Assembly: GCF_009914755.1 (NCBI RefSeq)
Contig: NC_060933.1
Direction: 5' to 3' (one strand)
Source of the DNA: the human T2T-CHM13v2.0 reference genome, Homo sapiens
Length of the DNA: 64,000 nt
Below, in pieces: positions 29,245-45,309 of the stretch (the stretch's first letter is position 1; each line of letters opens with the position of its first letter). A program made the position numbers and the translations under genes. The notes below the pieces were generated by a model that was not told where the DNA came from, searched no databases, and saw only the letters and a list, made by a program, of their open reading frames with translations.

Positions 29245-30040
29245 GCTATCTGAAAAAGTGTTCAATATCACTAATCAGAGAAATACTAATCAAAACCACA
29301 ATGAGATAAGACCTCACTCCTGTCAGAGTGGCTGTTATCAAGAAAACAAAAGATAACAAGCGTGGTGAGAATGTGGAGAAAAGATAAACCTTGCACACTG
29401 TTGGGGGAAATGTAAATTAGTATGGCTATTATGGAAAACAGTATGGAGATTGCTAAAAATTTAAAAAAAAGAAATACCTTATTATATAGCGATCCAACTA
29501 CCAGGTATATATGCAAGTGAAATGTAATTAGGATCTTAAAAGATATCTTCATTCCCATGTATATTGCAGCATAATTCACAACAGCCAAGATATGGAATCA
29601 ATCTAAGTGTCCATCAATAAATGAATGAATACAGAAAATTTGGTATTTATACACAATGGAATAGTATTCAGCCACAAAAGGAAGAAAATCTTGTCATTTG
29701 TGAAACATGGATGAATCTGGAGGACATTAAGTGAAATAAGCCAGGTATAGAAAGACAAATACTGCATGCTCTCACTGATATGTGAAATGTAAAATGATCA
29801 AACTCATAGAAACAAAAGCAGGCTGTTGGTTACCAGAGACTTGGAAGTGAGGAAAATGGAGAGATACTGTTCGAAGGGTACAAAGTTGCATTTAAACAGA
29901 AAGAAAAAGTATTTGAAGAGATAAATATGTTCATTATTTTAATTCCATCATTCCAGGCTGTGTATCTTTGTGTGTGTATATATGTCTATAACAATGTAAT
30001 TATATACAATTATAAGTTGTTAAATGAAAAATTATTTTTA
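29245..30040 (+). mobile_element. L1MA (about MA6-MA8) ORF2 end and 3' UTR
   Basis: CAAAACCACAATGAGATA...AAGTGAAATAAGCCAGGTATAGAAAGACAAATACTGCATG. Confidence 0.85.
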
Positions 30041-30659
30041 AAAATTAACATTTAAAAATTGGCCTATTGGGACCATTTTCTTTTATTTAATATTTTCTAA
30101 TTTGTAATATATAAATTGATTTGGTATTTTCATTATTAATTACATTTAAATAAGGCCATATATTTGAATCTGAATCTCTACTTCTGTATCTTCATACTAA
30201 GAAGTTATTTTTATTGCCTTATTCTCTGCTTAAATAATTCACTTGACTAAATAGTAACCCCCAGGTCATATTTCCTCCTTCATTAAGTTTTTCTTTGTTA
30301 AATTTTAGATGGTTAGACTCAGTTTTTCCCACTTGTCCTATGTTTATTATGGAAATTATTATATTAGTTTACATAGATTACCTAATCATACATAAATATT
30401 TTGATCCTATTAGTTCCTTTATTTATATTTAGTTCTGTGATTCAATAAGTTTAATTCTCAATATCATTCATTTTATCCAACTAAATTTTGACTCCTTATT
30501 TGTTTTTATTAATTTTTATGTTGGCTGGAAATCTCCCCTTTGTACAGATTTTCAACATAGTCATTTTTCAGGTGGCACTCTCACTGAGCTCATTTCAGCT
30601 CGATGATATTTTTGCTCCTTTAGCAAATAAATTTAAAATATGGCATTTTAGATCTTCTC

Positions 30660-30800
30660 TTAATTTTTTCCCTTCCTTTTTCTTCTTTCTCTTTTCTTCC
30701 CTTCCCTACTCTTTTCTCCTTTATTCCCCTACCACTTCCTCTTTCTTTCTCCCTCTTATACACACACATACATACACACACACACACCCGCACACACCAC
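30660..30800 (+). repeat. Pyrimidine-rich tract followed by imperfect (CA)n
   Basis: CT-rich run, then TACACACACATACATACACACAC. Confidence 0.85.
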
Positions 30801-32085
30801 AAATTACCTGATTGATCATACTCCATTGATAATTGTGGCTATGAGATTATTTTGTTCACTAGAGTACCATTCACAAAATATTCCACTGGAGGAGAGTGCA
30901 AAGCATGGACCATTCAAAGTTATGGGATTAAAAACAACACAAAACAATAAAACACAAAAATCTAATTTCCTCAGAAAAGACTTATTCTACCATGTTAGAC
31001 ATATTAAGGTATTTATTCAATTCAGAAAAGATGTCTTAAAATACAACTTATTATTTTTGCTTTATATACACTTGATTTAGATACAGTGATACTAAATTTC
31101 TACACTTTAGATCTGATCTTTCTTCTATTTGTTTACTTTCTAAGTGCTTTAGTTCTTGGCATACAAATTTGTAACCTGAAAAATGTCTTATTTTTACTCA
31201 GTATCATTGAATTTATTTGTGATGTTGATTTTTCTATTCAGGGTTTTTAGTTTAGGTATAATTATCTTATCGGATTCACACAATTTTTATACTACATTAT
31301 ACCATTAAGAGCTACTTTAATTCTCTCTTATGCAGGTCACATTTCAATATCTATTATCTGATTTTCCATTGCTGATTTAATAATAGAGCAATATATAATA
31401 AATAATACAATGTATACGATAGCTTAACTTTATGTTTTTATACTGGTGTAAGTTGTTTATTAGTAGTACATGTATTACTTTCCCTATGTTCTACATAGTA
31501 GACTATTTCAACAGTTTTCATGTAATATTATTCTATGTTTGTGAGTGTGAACTAGGAGAGATGCATATGTACTAATGAGTAGATTCCCTTCTGTCCCTGC
31601 ACTTCCCCCCAATAATATTGTTAAAAAACAAAACACTAAAATTATTTCCTGTCCTAATACTGAAGGCTGATGGTTGGAAAAGCACATTGACAAGTTGGAA
31701 ATCCTGAAGCCTGAGAGGATAAAAGGAATTAGAAGCTGAAGTAAACCCAGACAGAGGCAGCTTTGCTCTATTTCTTCTTAGATTCTTAGCTATACTAGAA
31801 GCCCACATTCCATACGTAGATAATTTTCCTGATAGAAAAATAACGTGTCTTCTTCCTAATTTTACACTTACTTTAAGTAGAAAGATAAAAGAAAGTTATT
31901 AGTCACTCACCCACAAGTTTCATGAAATCCAATATCTCAGTTTAAAAAGAACTATTCTCACTTTTTAAATATAATTTAATTAGAAGAGAACACTGAATCC
32001 TGCCTATTATTTTTGCATATCAGTTTATTAGTGTTCTTCCTTTCAAAGCATTAGAATGAAAATACATAACTCAATATGCACATAC

Positions 32086-32181
32086 TTTTTTTTTGTTTTT
32101 GAGACGGAGCACTCTGTCACCCAGGCTGGAGGGCAGTGGCAGAATCTTGGCTCACTGCAACTACTGCCTCCTGGGATTCAA
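32086..32181 (-). mobile_element. 5'-truncated Alu (3' part of the right arm)
   Basis: Poly-T followed by GAGACGGAG...CTCACTGCAAC...GATTCAA. Confidence 0.9.
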
Positions 32182-33448
32182 AATCACTCACAGTAGTATT
32201 GCATAATTTATGAAAGATTTCTTCCAAAGGTGTCACTTTGATCCTCCCTCCCTCATGAGCAGCCCCAATATCAATAGATTAAATAAACTATAAAAACATA
32301 CAGGCTTCTGCTTTCATCTCTGACATACAAAGAACTTAGAAGAAGTCGTTTCAAATTGTCCTTATAAGAAGATGCTGAATAGACTAAAAATCAATTACTT
32401 TTCTTGAGTCTGATTTTGCTGGGCAAACCATCCACACAGAGTCAGGAGAGAAAGGTGAATCCAGAGTCACAGCTGAGATCTGCTTACGTGGAGCAAAAGC
32501 CTCTGAAGCCATAAAATGATAGGGGCACTTAAAGATTAATTTTTAACAAATTGCTGAGTATTATCCAGCATAAGAGGGAGAAACTTCTAGAATGTCCTGG
32601 AAACTGCAGCCTTAGGTTGACATCCACACTTTCATGACCTTTGCTTCCAGAAATCTCACCTAGTTCTTGCAGTAACAACAATGGTGAGAAAGATCTCATA
32701 TGTCTGTGAGGTAGAAGAGGAGAATATTCATTGAGAAATAGAGTTGGTCTCTTTATAAAAAAGGCTCATCCTCTGGGAGAAAAGCTTCTCCAGAACTCTG
32801 TCCACAGTTGTGGAGATGAGTGATTCCTCCCATTCTAGCACCCTCTAGCCTTCCTATATCACCTGAGGGGAGAGGGTATTATGCAAGAAGAAACACTTGT
32901 GAAGGGAACAGTATAGAAGGACAGGTTTACTAAAAGACTGAGATTTTAATTGGAGGATTATAGAATCTGCCACCTTCCCCGTAGCATATAACCACACCTA
33001 AAGAATTCTAGTAAAATACAGATTACAAAAGTGTAATTGTATGCATAATATTTGAGGTATTTTGAAGTTAATAATGACTGAGTACTTTCCAAAATTAAAG
33101 ATGAAGACCAAAACACAAATCTAAGAAAGAGCATATCAATGACAATTAAAACAAGCACCACCATCTACATAGCATATGAGTATCATATCGTACAGAATAC
33201 CAGAGACGAAGAAAAAAATATTCAAAAATACCAGGGAGTAGGAGGTACTTTACCTGTAAAAGAACAAGATAAATAATACTCAACAGCCTTCTCATCAGAA
33301 ACTAAAATAGTAAGAAGAGAGTGAGTCATATATTTAAAGTATTGTAAGAAGAAAGAAACCAGCTGAACATTTTATAACCAGTGAAATTATCCTTTAAATG
33401 AACCCAAACTAAGAATTAATTGACAGCAGATTTTCCTTACATGATAGA

Positions 33449-33814
33449 TGATATGGTTTGCCTGTGTCTCCACCCAAATCTCATCTTGAATTGTAGCTCC
33501 CATAATTCCCATGTGTCATGGTTGAGACTCAGTGGAAGGTAACTGAATCATGGAAGTGGGTCTTTCCTGTGCTGTTCTCGTGGTAGTTAATAAGTCTCAT
33601 GAGATCTGATAGTTTTATAAAGGTGAGTTCCCCTATGTAAGTGCTCTCTTGCCTGCTGCCATGTAAGATGTAACTTTGCTCGTCATTCGTCTTCCACCAT
33701 GGTTGTAAGGCCTCCCCAGCCATGTGGAACTATCAGCCAATTTAACCTCTTTTCTTTATAAATTACCCAGTCTTGGGTATGTCTTTATTAGCAGCGTGAG
33801 AACAGACTCATACA
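33449..33814 (+). mobile_element. THE1B solo LTR
   Basis: TGATATGGTTTG...GACTCATACA. TSD ATAGA at 33444-33448 and 33815-33819. Confidence 0.94.
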
Positions 33815-34384
33815 ATAGATTAAGCAATTTTCTTTAGACAGAGGGGAAATGACGCTGGTTAAAAAGTTGGAATTACACAAATAAAGGAAGTGTGTTCGGG
33901 AAGTAATAATATAAGATAAAATAAAATATTAATTTTTGTATTAATAATCTAAAATATACAACTGTTTAAAGTAATAATTGTAAGAATAATAGCATACAAA
34001 ATGAAATGATTGAGAGCAGTTTCATGAGGGATGAGATAAAAGAATTGGGAATGTTCTAGTACAAAATATCTCCAAAACACATGAGAGAGTACTTAAGTAT
34101 CTGATGGTGTACCTCAGTTAGTTCAAATCATTTGTAAGCACTAGGGCAACCATTAATGTTTTTAAAAGGAAGCATAGTTAACACACCAATGTGAGAAGTA
34201 AAAATGAAATCTCATAAAATGTTCAAGCAAAACCAGAAAGGAAATGAAGCCTCTGGAAATTGACAGAAATCTGTCACAAACATAATTAACAATCCAAATA
34301 TATTGATAATAACTTAAACTGCAAATTATCTAAAAACACCAATTAAAAGCTGAGATTGTCAGAGTACATAAAAAGATACATCTA

Positions 34385-34824
34385 CAGTTGAGTCTTCAAC
34401 ACATAGTTTTAGACTAGGCAGGTCCACTAATACGCAGATTTTATTCTGCATCTGCTACCAATGAGAAAACAGAACTAACCTCTCCTGTTCCTCCTTCTCT
34501 TTGGACTATTCAACATCAGGATTATGAGGATGAAGACCTTTATGATGATCCACTTCCATTTAAGCATAGTAAATATATATTATTTTCCTTATAATTTTCT
34601 TGGTAACATTTTTGTTTTCTCTAGCTTCCTTTATTATAAGAATATAGTATATAATGCATATAACATACAAACATGTTAATCAACTGTTTATGTCACCAGT
34701 AAGGCTTTTGGTCAACAGTAGATTATTAATAATTAAATTTTTGAGAAACCCAAAATTATGCATGAATTTTTACTGCAGAGAAAGGGCAGTGTCCCTAATT
34801 TCCATGTTATTTAAAAGTCAATTG
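34385..34824 (+). mobile_element. Tigger2a (MER28) TcMar DNA transposon
   Basis: Degenerate TIRs CAGTTGA.../...TCAATTG after a TA. Contains GAGGATGAAGACCTTTATGATGATCCACTTCCA. Confidence 0.92.
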
Positions 34825-34904
34825 TTTATCTTCTACAGAAAACCTGCATTAAATTTAAAGGAACATAGATTAAAGCCAAAGGGATGAAAAATATATATCA
34901 AAAA

Positions 34905-34967
34905 CACCGCACTCCAGGCTGGACAACAAAGTGAGACCCAGGCTCAAAAAGCAAATAAACGAACAAA
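34905..34967 (+). mobile_element. Short Alu 3'-end fragment
   Basis: CACCGCACTCCAGGCTGGACAACAAAGTGAGACCC plus an A-rich tail. Confidence 0.8.
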
Positions 34968-36567
34968 TTCAATGAAAAACCTGACAGAGCCACAAGAAAA
35001 AATAGATAAATTTACTCTCTAGTTAAAATTTTAACATTATCTATCAATAGTGCATAGATCTAGCAGGAACAAAATCATTAAGGTATAGATGACCTGAAAA
35101 TGTCTATAAATCGACTTGGTCTAATTGACATTTATAAAATTCTCCATCTAAGAACTATAAAATACTCAAGCTCAATCATATTCTCAGGCTCATGCAGAAT
35201 GTTTACCTAGAGGGACTACATCCTAGACTACATACTTTAATATGTTTTTAAAAAATAAAAAATCAAGCAAAGTACGTTTTCTGACCATAAAGAATTTAAA
35301 CCAGAAATCAATTAGCACAAAGACAGAGGAAGAAAATCAAATATTTGTAAATTAACAGCACATTTAACTAACACACAGGACAAAGAATAAATCTCAAAAG
35401 GAATCAAAAAATATTTTGAACTAAATGAAAACTAAAATACAACTTATCAACTTTTTTGTATAGTGAATGCAGGTATAGAAGGAAATTATATTCATACATT
35501 GGTAATGAAGAACTATCTAAATGTATTAGCCTACATTTCCGTATTAGAAAACTAAAGAAAGAGATTCATTTAATGCTAAAGCAAGAAAAAGAAAATAAAA
35601 TCATAAAAATTATGGCAAACGTTACTGAAATTGAAAATAAAAAATATGGAAAATCAACAAAAAACAATAGCTGATTCTGTGAAAAATTAAAATTTTAAAA
35701 GCTACAAATTAGCAAACCAGAGATGAGGAGGGATCATCACTACTTCTCCCAAAAACATTTAAAGAAATGTTGCAGACAACTCTATGGCCACAAATTTCAT
35801 AACTTAGTTGAAATGGACCAATTGCTTTAAAGACACAAACTCATAATTTCACATAAGGATAAACAAATAATCTGAATAGCCCTATATCTAAGAAAAATTC
35901 AATTAAGCATTAACAACTTCTGAAAAAATATATCATTAGTATCAAGTGGTTTCACTGTTGAATTCTGCCAAATAGTAAAGGCTTTGTTTCCACAAAACAG
36001 TGGCACAGGGAGAACTTCCTAACTTATTCTATGATGACATTAAATCATCCTAATATTGAATCCATATAAAAGATATAAGAAAGAAAAATTATCAATCAAT
36101 ATATCTCAAGAACCTAGACCCCCAAATTGCTCAAAAAATATTAGCAAGTAGATTGAAAAATGTATAAAGCAAGTTGTAGAACACAACTAAGTGAAACTGA
36201 TTCAAGAGAAATCAGGCCGGTTTGATGTTCCAATTCTAATCAATATAATTTATAATATGAATATATCAAATGACACAGAAAAGGTATTTGAAAAAAATAC
36301 ATTCATGAAAATAAACTCTCACATAAATGTTAACAGAGAACAAGTTTGGAAATTTGATAAAGAATGTCTACAAAGTAGCCACAGATAAAATCACATCTAA
36401 CTGTACATACTGGCTATTTTTCTCCTAAGACAAGGAAGGAAATAGGGATGTTGTTGCTTACTATTCCTATTCAACATCATACTGTAAGTTCCAAATAGTA
36501 CAATAAGACAAGAAAAGGAAATGTGAGATGCACATATTGGAAAGGAAGATATAGAACTCTCTCTGTA

Positions 36568-39126
<2,559 letters not shown>

Positions 39127-41558
39127 AAAACTTTTCTATATTGAGATGATTATCTACATTAAAAATTCCCCAAATTTTAAAAGTAATAATAATAATAATC
39201 TCCTGGAACTAATAAATGGATGTAGCAAAGTCACATGATATAAAGTTAAATTCAAGTCAATTGCTTTCCTATTTAATAGCAATGTGTGAAAAAAATTTGA
39301 AATTTTAGACAACAGCATTTATAATAGTACCTCTCCTAATACACACTTAGATATAAATATTTTTAAAATATTGTACATGATCTCTATGTGGGAATGTGAA
39401 AACAAATAGAAAATGATAGTAATATGAAATAATATCCAAATAAATGAAGAAATAGTCCATGTTCATGGATTAGAAAACTCAATATTTTAATATATCAGTT
39501 TTGATGTACAGATTTAGTGACATTTCAATAAAAATCCCAGAAATTAATTTTTATGAATTAAGAAACTGACTCTAAAATGTTAATGGAAAGGAAAAGACCA
39601 AGAATATCCAATGCAATACTGAAGAAAAACAAATTTGGAAGACACAAACTACCTTTCGAAAAAACTACCCTTACTACAAACCTATGTTAATCAAGGCAGT
39701 GTGATATGGTTAAAAGATTAGACACATGAAGTGTTTTATTTCTAACGAATGGTGCTAGATTATTTGGATGTCCATAAACAAAAACACAAAACAAAACAAT
39801 ACCAAAAAAGAACATAGAGGCAGACTTTAAACCATACACATAATTAACTATGAATTGTTTATATACATAAATGTTAAATTCAAATAAAAGGTCTTAAAGA
39901 AAACATACGGTAAAAATTATATGACCTTGGATTTACTGATGACATTTTAAGTATAAGAATAGCACTATCCATGAGAAAAGAGATAAACTGGACTATACTA
40001 AAAATAAAAGATTTCTGCTCTGTGAAAGATACTCAGGAGAATGAAACAGCAAACCACAGAAACAGAGTGGCAGAAAATATTTTCAAATCATATGTCTGGA
40101 AAAGGACTTATATCCAAAATATTCAGTGAACCCTTAAAACTTAAAAAGTTTGAATAGGCATCTCAAAAAAGACGTTATACTGATGGCAGATAAGCATAGG
40201 GAGAAATGTGCTACATCATTTGTCATTAGAAAGTTTAGAATTAAAACAGAAATTACCTACCACTACATAAACGTTAAAAGGACAATGTCAACTGCTGGCC
40301 AGGATGTGGGAAAAAGGAACTTTCATTTATTAATGATGGAAATGCAAAATATTACAGACGTTTTGTAAGATTTTGCCAGTTTCTTAATCTTATACAAATA
40401 ATATAGTCTTAATTTGCCATTCACCAATTACACTTCTAAGTTGTTTCAAAACTTAGGTATATACCAAATCCTGGACATAAATATTTATAGGAGTTTTATT
40501 CATAAAGTCAAAAACTGGAAACAAGCACAACATCTTTCAATAGGTGAATGCACACAAACTATACTATATATCCATGGACTGTTACTCAGTGATAAAAAGA
40601 AACGAGTTATCAAGACGTAAAAAGGCATGAAAGAATCTCAACGCATATTGCGAAGTGAAAGAAGCAAGTCTGAAAAATCTCTCTCTCCATGATGCCAATT
40701 ATGTGACATTCCAGAAAAGGCAAAACTATGGAGACAGTAAAAAGATCAGCAAAGAGTTCAGAGGTCTGTGGAAAGTTTGAATATTTAAAGCACAGGAGAT
40801 TTTTCAGAGCAGTAAAGCTATTTTGTACTGGAATGATGAATAGAAAACATTAAGCATTTGTCAAAATGCATAGCATGTTCAGTACAGATAGCAAAATGTA
40901 ATATAAAACAATTTTTAAAAATATATAGGCAGTGTGTGGTCCTAAAATGGAATGCAGAGTGTGGCAAAATAATTGGTTTATTATATTTATATGAAAGAAC
41001 CTCCCTGGAGAGAGTAGGGGAATAAGGTGCTGGCCATAAATTATGGAAATGAGTAGTATCTGTGACACTAAAGATGAAAAGAAAGGGAGAACAAGAGAGA
41101 GTAGCTTTATGGTAGAGAGACCTGAAAAACGTTAACTCAGGTTAGATGATCAGGTTGTAAGTGATAAATCATATTAATAATCACCTTTGATATGATGTGA
41201 CTAGAATATCTATTTACCTCTGTGGTCTATTTCCAAAAATGCATTAGCCCAATTTTATCATAAGAAAAATGTCAAACAAATATTAAGAAAGTGTTTTGTC
41301 TACAAAATACCTGCCATACTACCAAAAAAACCTGTCAAGGTCATCAAGAAAAGGATAGTCTGACAAACTGTCACATCTATGAGGAACTCAAGGTGACACG
41401 ACCACTAAATACAATATATAACCTGGATGGGATTCTAGAACCAAACAAAAATTATAAAAATCCTTAGGAATTCTGATAAAGCATGGACTTTAGTTAATAA
41501 TGACATACTAACATTGGTCCACTAATTGTAACAAGTACTAATGTAAAGTGTTAATAAT

Positions 41559-41850
41559 TGCTGGGCGTGGTGGTTCACACCTGTAATCCCAGCACTTTTG
41601 GAGGCCAAGGCTGTTGGATTAGGAGGTCAGAAGATCGAGGGCATCCTGGCTAACATGGTGAAACCCTGCCTCTGCTAAAAATACAAAAAATTATCCAGGC
41701 GTGGTGGCACACACCTGTAGTCTCAGCTGCTCAAGAGGCTGAGGCAGAAGAATCGCTTGAACCCGGGAGGCGTAGATTGCAATGAGCCAAGATGCCACTG
41801 CACTACAGCCTGGGCAACAGAGGGAGACTCTATCTCAATCAATCAATAAT
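41559..41850 (+). mobile_element. AluSc/Sc8-like
   Basis: Dimeric Alu with GATCGAG..CATCCTGGCTAACATGG and GAATCGCTTGAACC. Confidence 0.9.
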
Positions 41851-43085
41851 AAAGGACACTGTGTGGGGGGTATATGGAAATTCCATATTATATTTGCAAT
41901 AATTATGTGCTATATTTGAAACTCTAAAACAACGTATTTATTTTAAAACCTACATATAACAATAAAACAACAATAAAGCAAAAGAAAAATACTTCTAAGT
42001 TTGTGTCTTTATTTACTAGATGAATAAATGCAGTGTGATTGGCAGGTTGTACTCCAATCCAATATTTGAGGATATGAATTGTAGTCAAAGGAGGTTAAAT
42101 TTTAGACCTTCTGCCTCCCATTTGTCCCATAAGTAAGACGCCTGTATAGCTTTCTGAATTCTGAATTAGTATTCTTTTAAAAGAATCTCTCATTGTACTA
42201 AGAGTTTCAACTGAAGGGTAAGCATAGGGCACATTTGGATTGACCCATAAGCCAGAAAGCATTTTGCCCAGGAAACTCTCTGTGGAGAAAGCTTTATGAA
42301 GAAGATATACAGAAAAAAAGGAGTCCTCTAATCCTATTTTTTAAGGGTTACATTTTCCATTTAGTTCATCTCTAATGCAGATTTGAACTCTTAATTAAAT
42401 TCATTAGATAAAATGTTTGCTTAGCTATACAGGCTGATCCAAAGTTATAAATGTGCCTCAGAGCATAGTTTTTGATTTATGAGAAAAAACATGTTGAAAG
42501 CATTTTTTATTAAATCAAATTGCAAGCTGTAGCATTTTAATCGTGTCCTGTATACTTCAGTTTAAGATCGATGAACAGAATTTAAGATCAATGAAGCCAA
42601 CTATATCATTTGGAAAAAAACGGTTTACATTATTTTGTTTACTGGATATCATAAAATATAAACATGTTTAAAAAATTTTATTAAAACTGAAAGAATTTTG
42701 TTTGAATTACTAAAAGTCACATGCAGTAACATCATTTAAGTGATATTTTTATCAAAAATATTTTACACAAATTATAAAGTGATTTAAGGGATTATAAAAT
42801 TCCTGGAGTCATTTACTGAGGGGAATGTGATTATTTATAAAATTGTAAACAATGTCAGTGAAATGGAGACTTTTTTTTTTATTTCAATAGGTTTTGGGGG
42901 AACAGGTGGTGTTTGGTTATATGAACAAGTTCTTGAGTGATGATTTCTGAGATTTTGGTGCACCCATCACCCGGGCAGTGTACACTGTACTCAATGTATA
43001 GCCTTTTATCCCTCACCCCCGTCCCACACTTTCCCTCAGGTCCCGAAAGCCAGTTGTATAATTCTTATGCCTTTGAAGCTTCAGA

Positions 43086-43295
43086 GCCCTAGACCTTAGT
43101 CGTTTAACCAATAAACTCAAAGTAAAAACCCCACTACCTATATTCTATTTCTCCAATATACTAGGATTCTACCCCAATACTATCCACCGCACAGCCCCCC
43201 GCCTAAACCTAGTCATAAGCCAAAATCTAGTTTCACTTTTACTAGATTTAATTTGATTAGAGAAGTCAATACCTAAAACAATCTCACAATCTCAA
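43086..43295 (+). pseudogene. MT-ND5: NUMT: nuclear copy of the C-terminal region of mitochondrial ND5
   Basis: Vertebrate mitochondrial-code translation gives [70 protein letters not shown]. It matches ND5 motifs [11 protein letters not shown] and LLLDLxWLEK. In-frame TGA=Trp at 43254-43256. G-poor, like the mtDNA L-strand sequence. Confidence 0.95.
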
Positions 43296-43414
43296 TGTTT
43301 TGTTTTCCATTCCTGGGTTACTTCACTTAGAATAATGGTCTCCAATTCCATTCAGCTTGCTGCAAATACCATTATTTAATTCCTTTTCATGGCTTAGTAG
43401 TATTTGATGGTGTT

Positions 43415-43501
43415 TGTGTGTGCACATATATGTGAATGTATGTATGTATATGTGTGCATATATATAACATATGTGTGTGTGTATATATATGTGTGTGTGT
43501 G
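43415..43501 (+). repeat. Compound (TG)/(TA) microsatellite
   Basis: Alternating purine-pyrimidine tract within the L1PB1. Confidence 0.9.
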
Positions 43502-43787
43502 GGTCGCATTTTCTTTATCCACTCTGATTCATGGGCATTTGGGCTGGTTCTATATTTTTGCAGTTGCGAATTGTGCTGCTATAAACGTGTGTGCAACTGT
43601 CTTGTTTGTATAATGCCTTTTTTTCCCCTCTGGGTAGATACCCAGAAGTGAGACTGCCAGATCAAATGGTAGATCTACTTTTAGATCTTTAATGAATCTC
43701 CACACTGTTTTCCATAGTGGTTGTCCTAGTTAACATTCCCACCAACAGTGTAAAAGTGTTCCCTGTTCACTACATCCAAGCCAAAAT

Positions 43788-43817
43788 GTTTTTTTTTTTT
43801 TTTTTTTTTTTTTTTTT
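43788..43817 (+). repeat. Poly-T (30) tract inside the L1PB1
   Basis: Pure T run. Confidence 0.95.
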
Positions 43818-43999
43818 CTGATTTTTTGATTACGGCCATTCTTGCCAAGTATTGTGGTATCACATTGTGGTTTTCATTTGCATTTCCTTGACAATTAGTG
43901 ATGTTCAGCATTTTTCCACATGTTTTTTGGCCATTTGTATAGCAGTGTTAGAGAACAAAGAGCACAGTATAGATGGTATATATATAAGACAAAGAGCAA

Positions 44000-44480
44000 A
44001 TAAAAAAGTGAACTATATATATCAATAAATATAAATACAAAAGCTACGATAAAAAAGCTGTCAGAATTTATTTAAAAATCTAATTAAATCTTGTATATAA
44101 AAAGCATGATTTAAGATAAAAACTCAAAAAGATTTAAAAAATGTTGAAAAATTGACATACTAGGCAAACACTAACTGCATAAAACTGGTTTGCTATAATA
44201 TGATGGTCAAAGTAAACTAGTACCCAATAGGTATTACTAGAGATTAAAGGAGAAATTCTGTAAAGATTAAAGAGTCATAATAAAAGGAAGATATGGTAAT
44301 TACAAATTTGTATATGTACCATATAAGTTGTTTTCAAAATATGTATAATGAAAAATCTAAAAATTGAGAACACAAATTCATAGTATTCAGAGATTTTAAC
44401 ATTTAACTGATAAACGACACAGACAAAAACAACTGAGTTTACAAAAGATATAAACAAAACTAAAAATATCACCTTTCAAA
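44000..44480 (+). mobile_element. Ancient L1 (L1M5/ME) ORF2 endonuclease fragment
   Basis: AGGCAAACACTAAC, ATTACTAGAGATTAAAGG and AGAGATTTTAACA blocks. Confidence 0.6.
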
Positions 44481-44550
44481 TATCTACAGTAAAGACTGTT
44501 TTTAAATTACCTATATATTAAGATTAATTTTTTATAAAATACGGATTTGA

Positions 44551-44965
<415 letters not shown>

Positions 44966-45001
44966 TTAAACTGTCTAGTTAAATTATAATTTTATCTAAA
45001 G

Positions 45002-45309
45002 TTTGTTGTTGCTGTTGTTGTTGTTTTGAGACAAAATCTCAATCCGTCACCCAGGCTGGAGTACACAGGCTCAAATTCGGCTCACTGCAACCTCGGCATC
45101 CCAGGTTCAAGGGACTCTTGTGCCTCAGCCTCCTGAGTAGCTTGAATTACAGGCATGTGCCACCACACCCAGCTAATTTTTTAAATTTTAGTAGAGACCG
45201 GGTTTCACCATGTTGGCTAGGCTGTTCTCTAACTCCTTACCTCAAGAGATCTGTCCTCCTTGGCCTCCCAAAGTGCTGGGATTAGAGTGGTGAGTCATTA
45301 CTCCTGGCC
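45002..45309 (-). mobile_element. AluS (Sz/Sx-like) with a (TTG)n tail
   Basis: Full dimer flanked by TATCTAA(A/G)G. Confidence 0.92.

Larger units (their letters stand above)
42871..43941 (-). mobile_element. L1PB1 3' end (interrupted by the NUMT)
   Basis: TTTATTTCAATAGGTTTTGGGGGAACAGGTGGTGTTTGG...TTTCCATTCCTGGGTTACTTCACTTAGAATAATGG. Confidence 0.93.

Noticed and set aside
42090-42230. Possible plus-strand exon (TTTTAG| ... |GTAAG)
   Set aside because: Motif-only evidence, with no ORF or homology.
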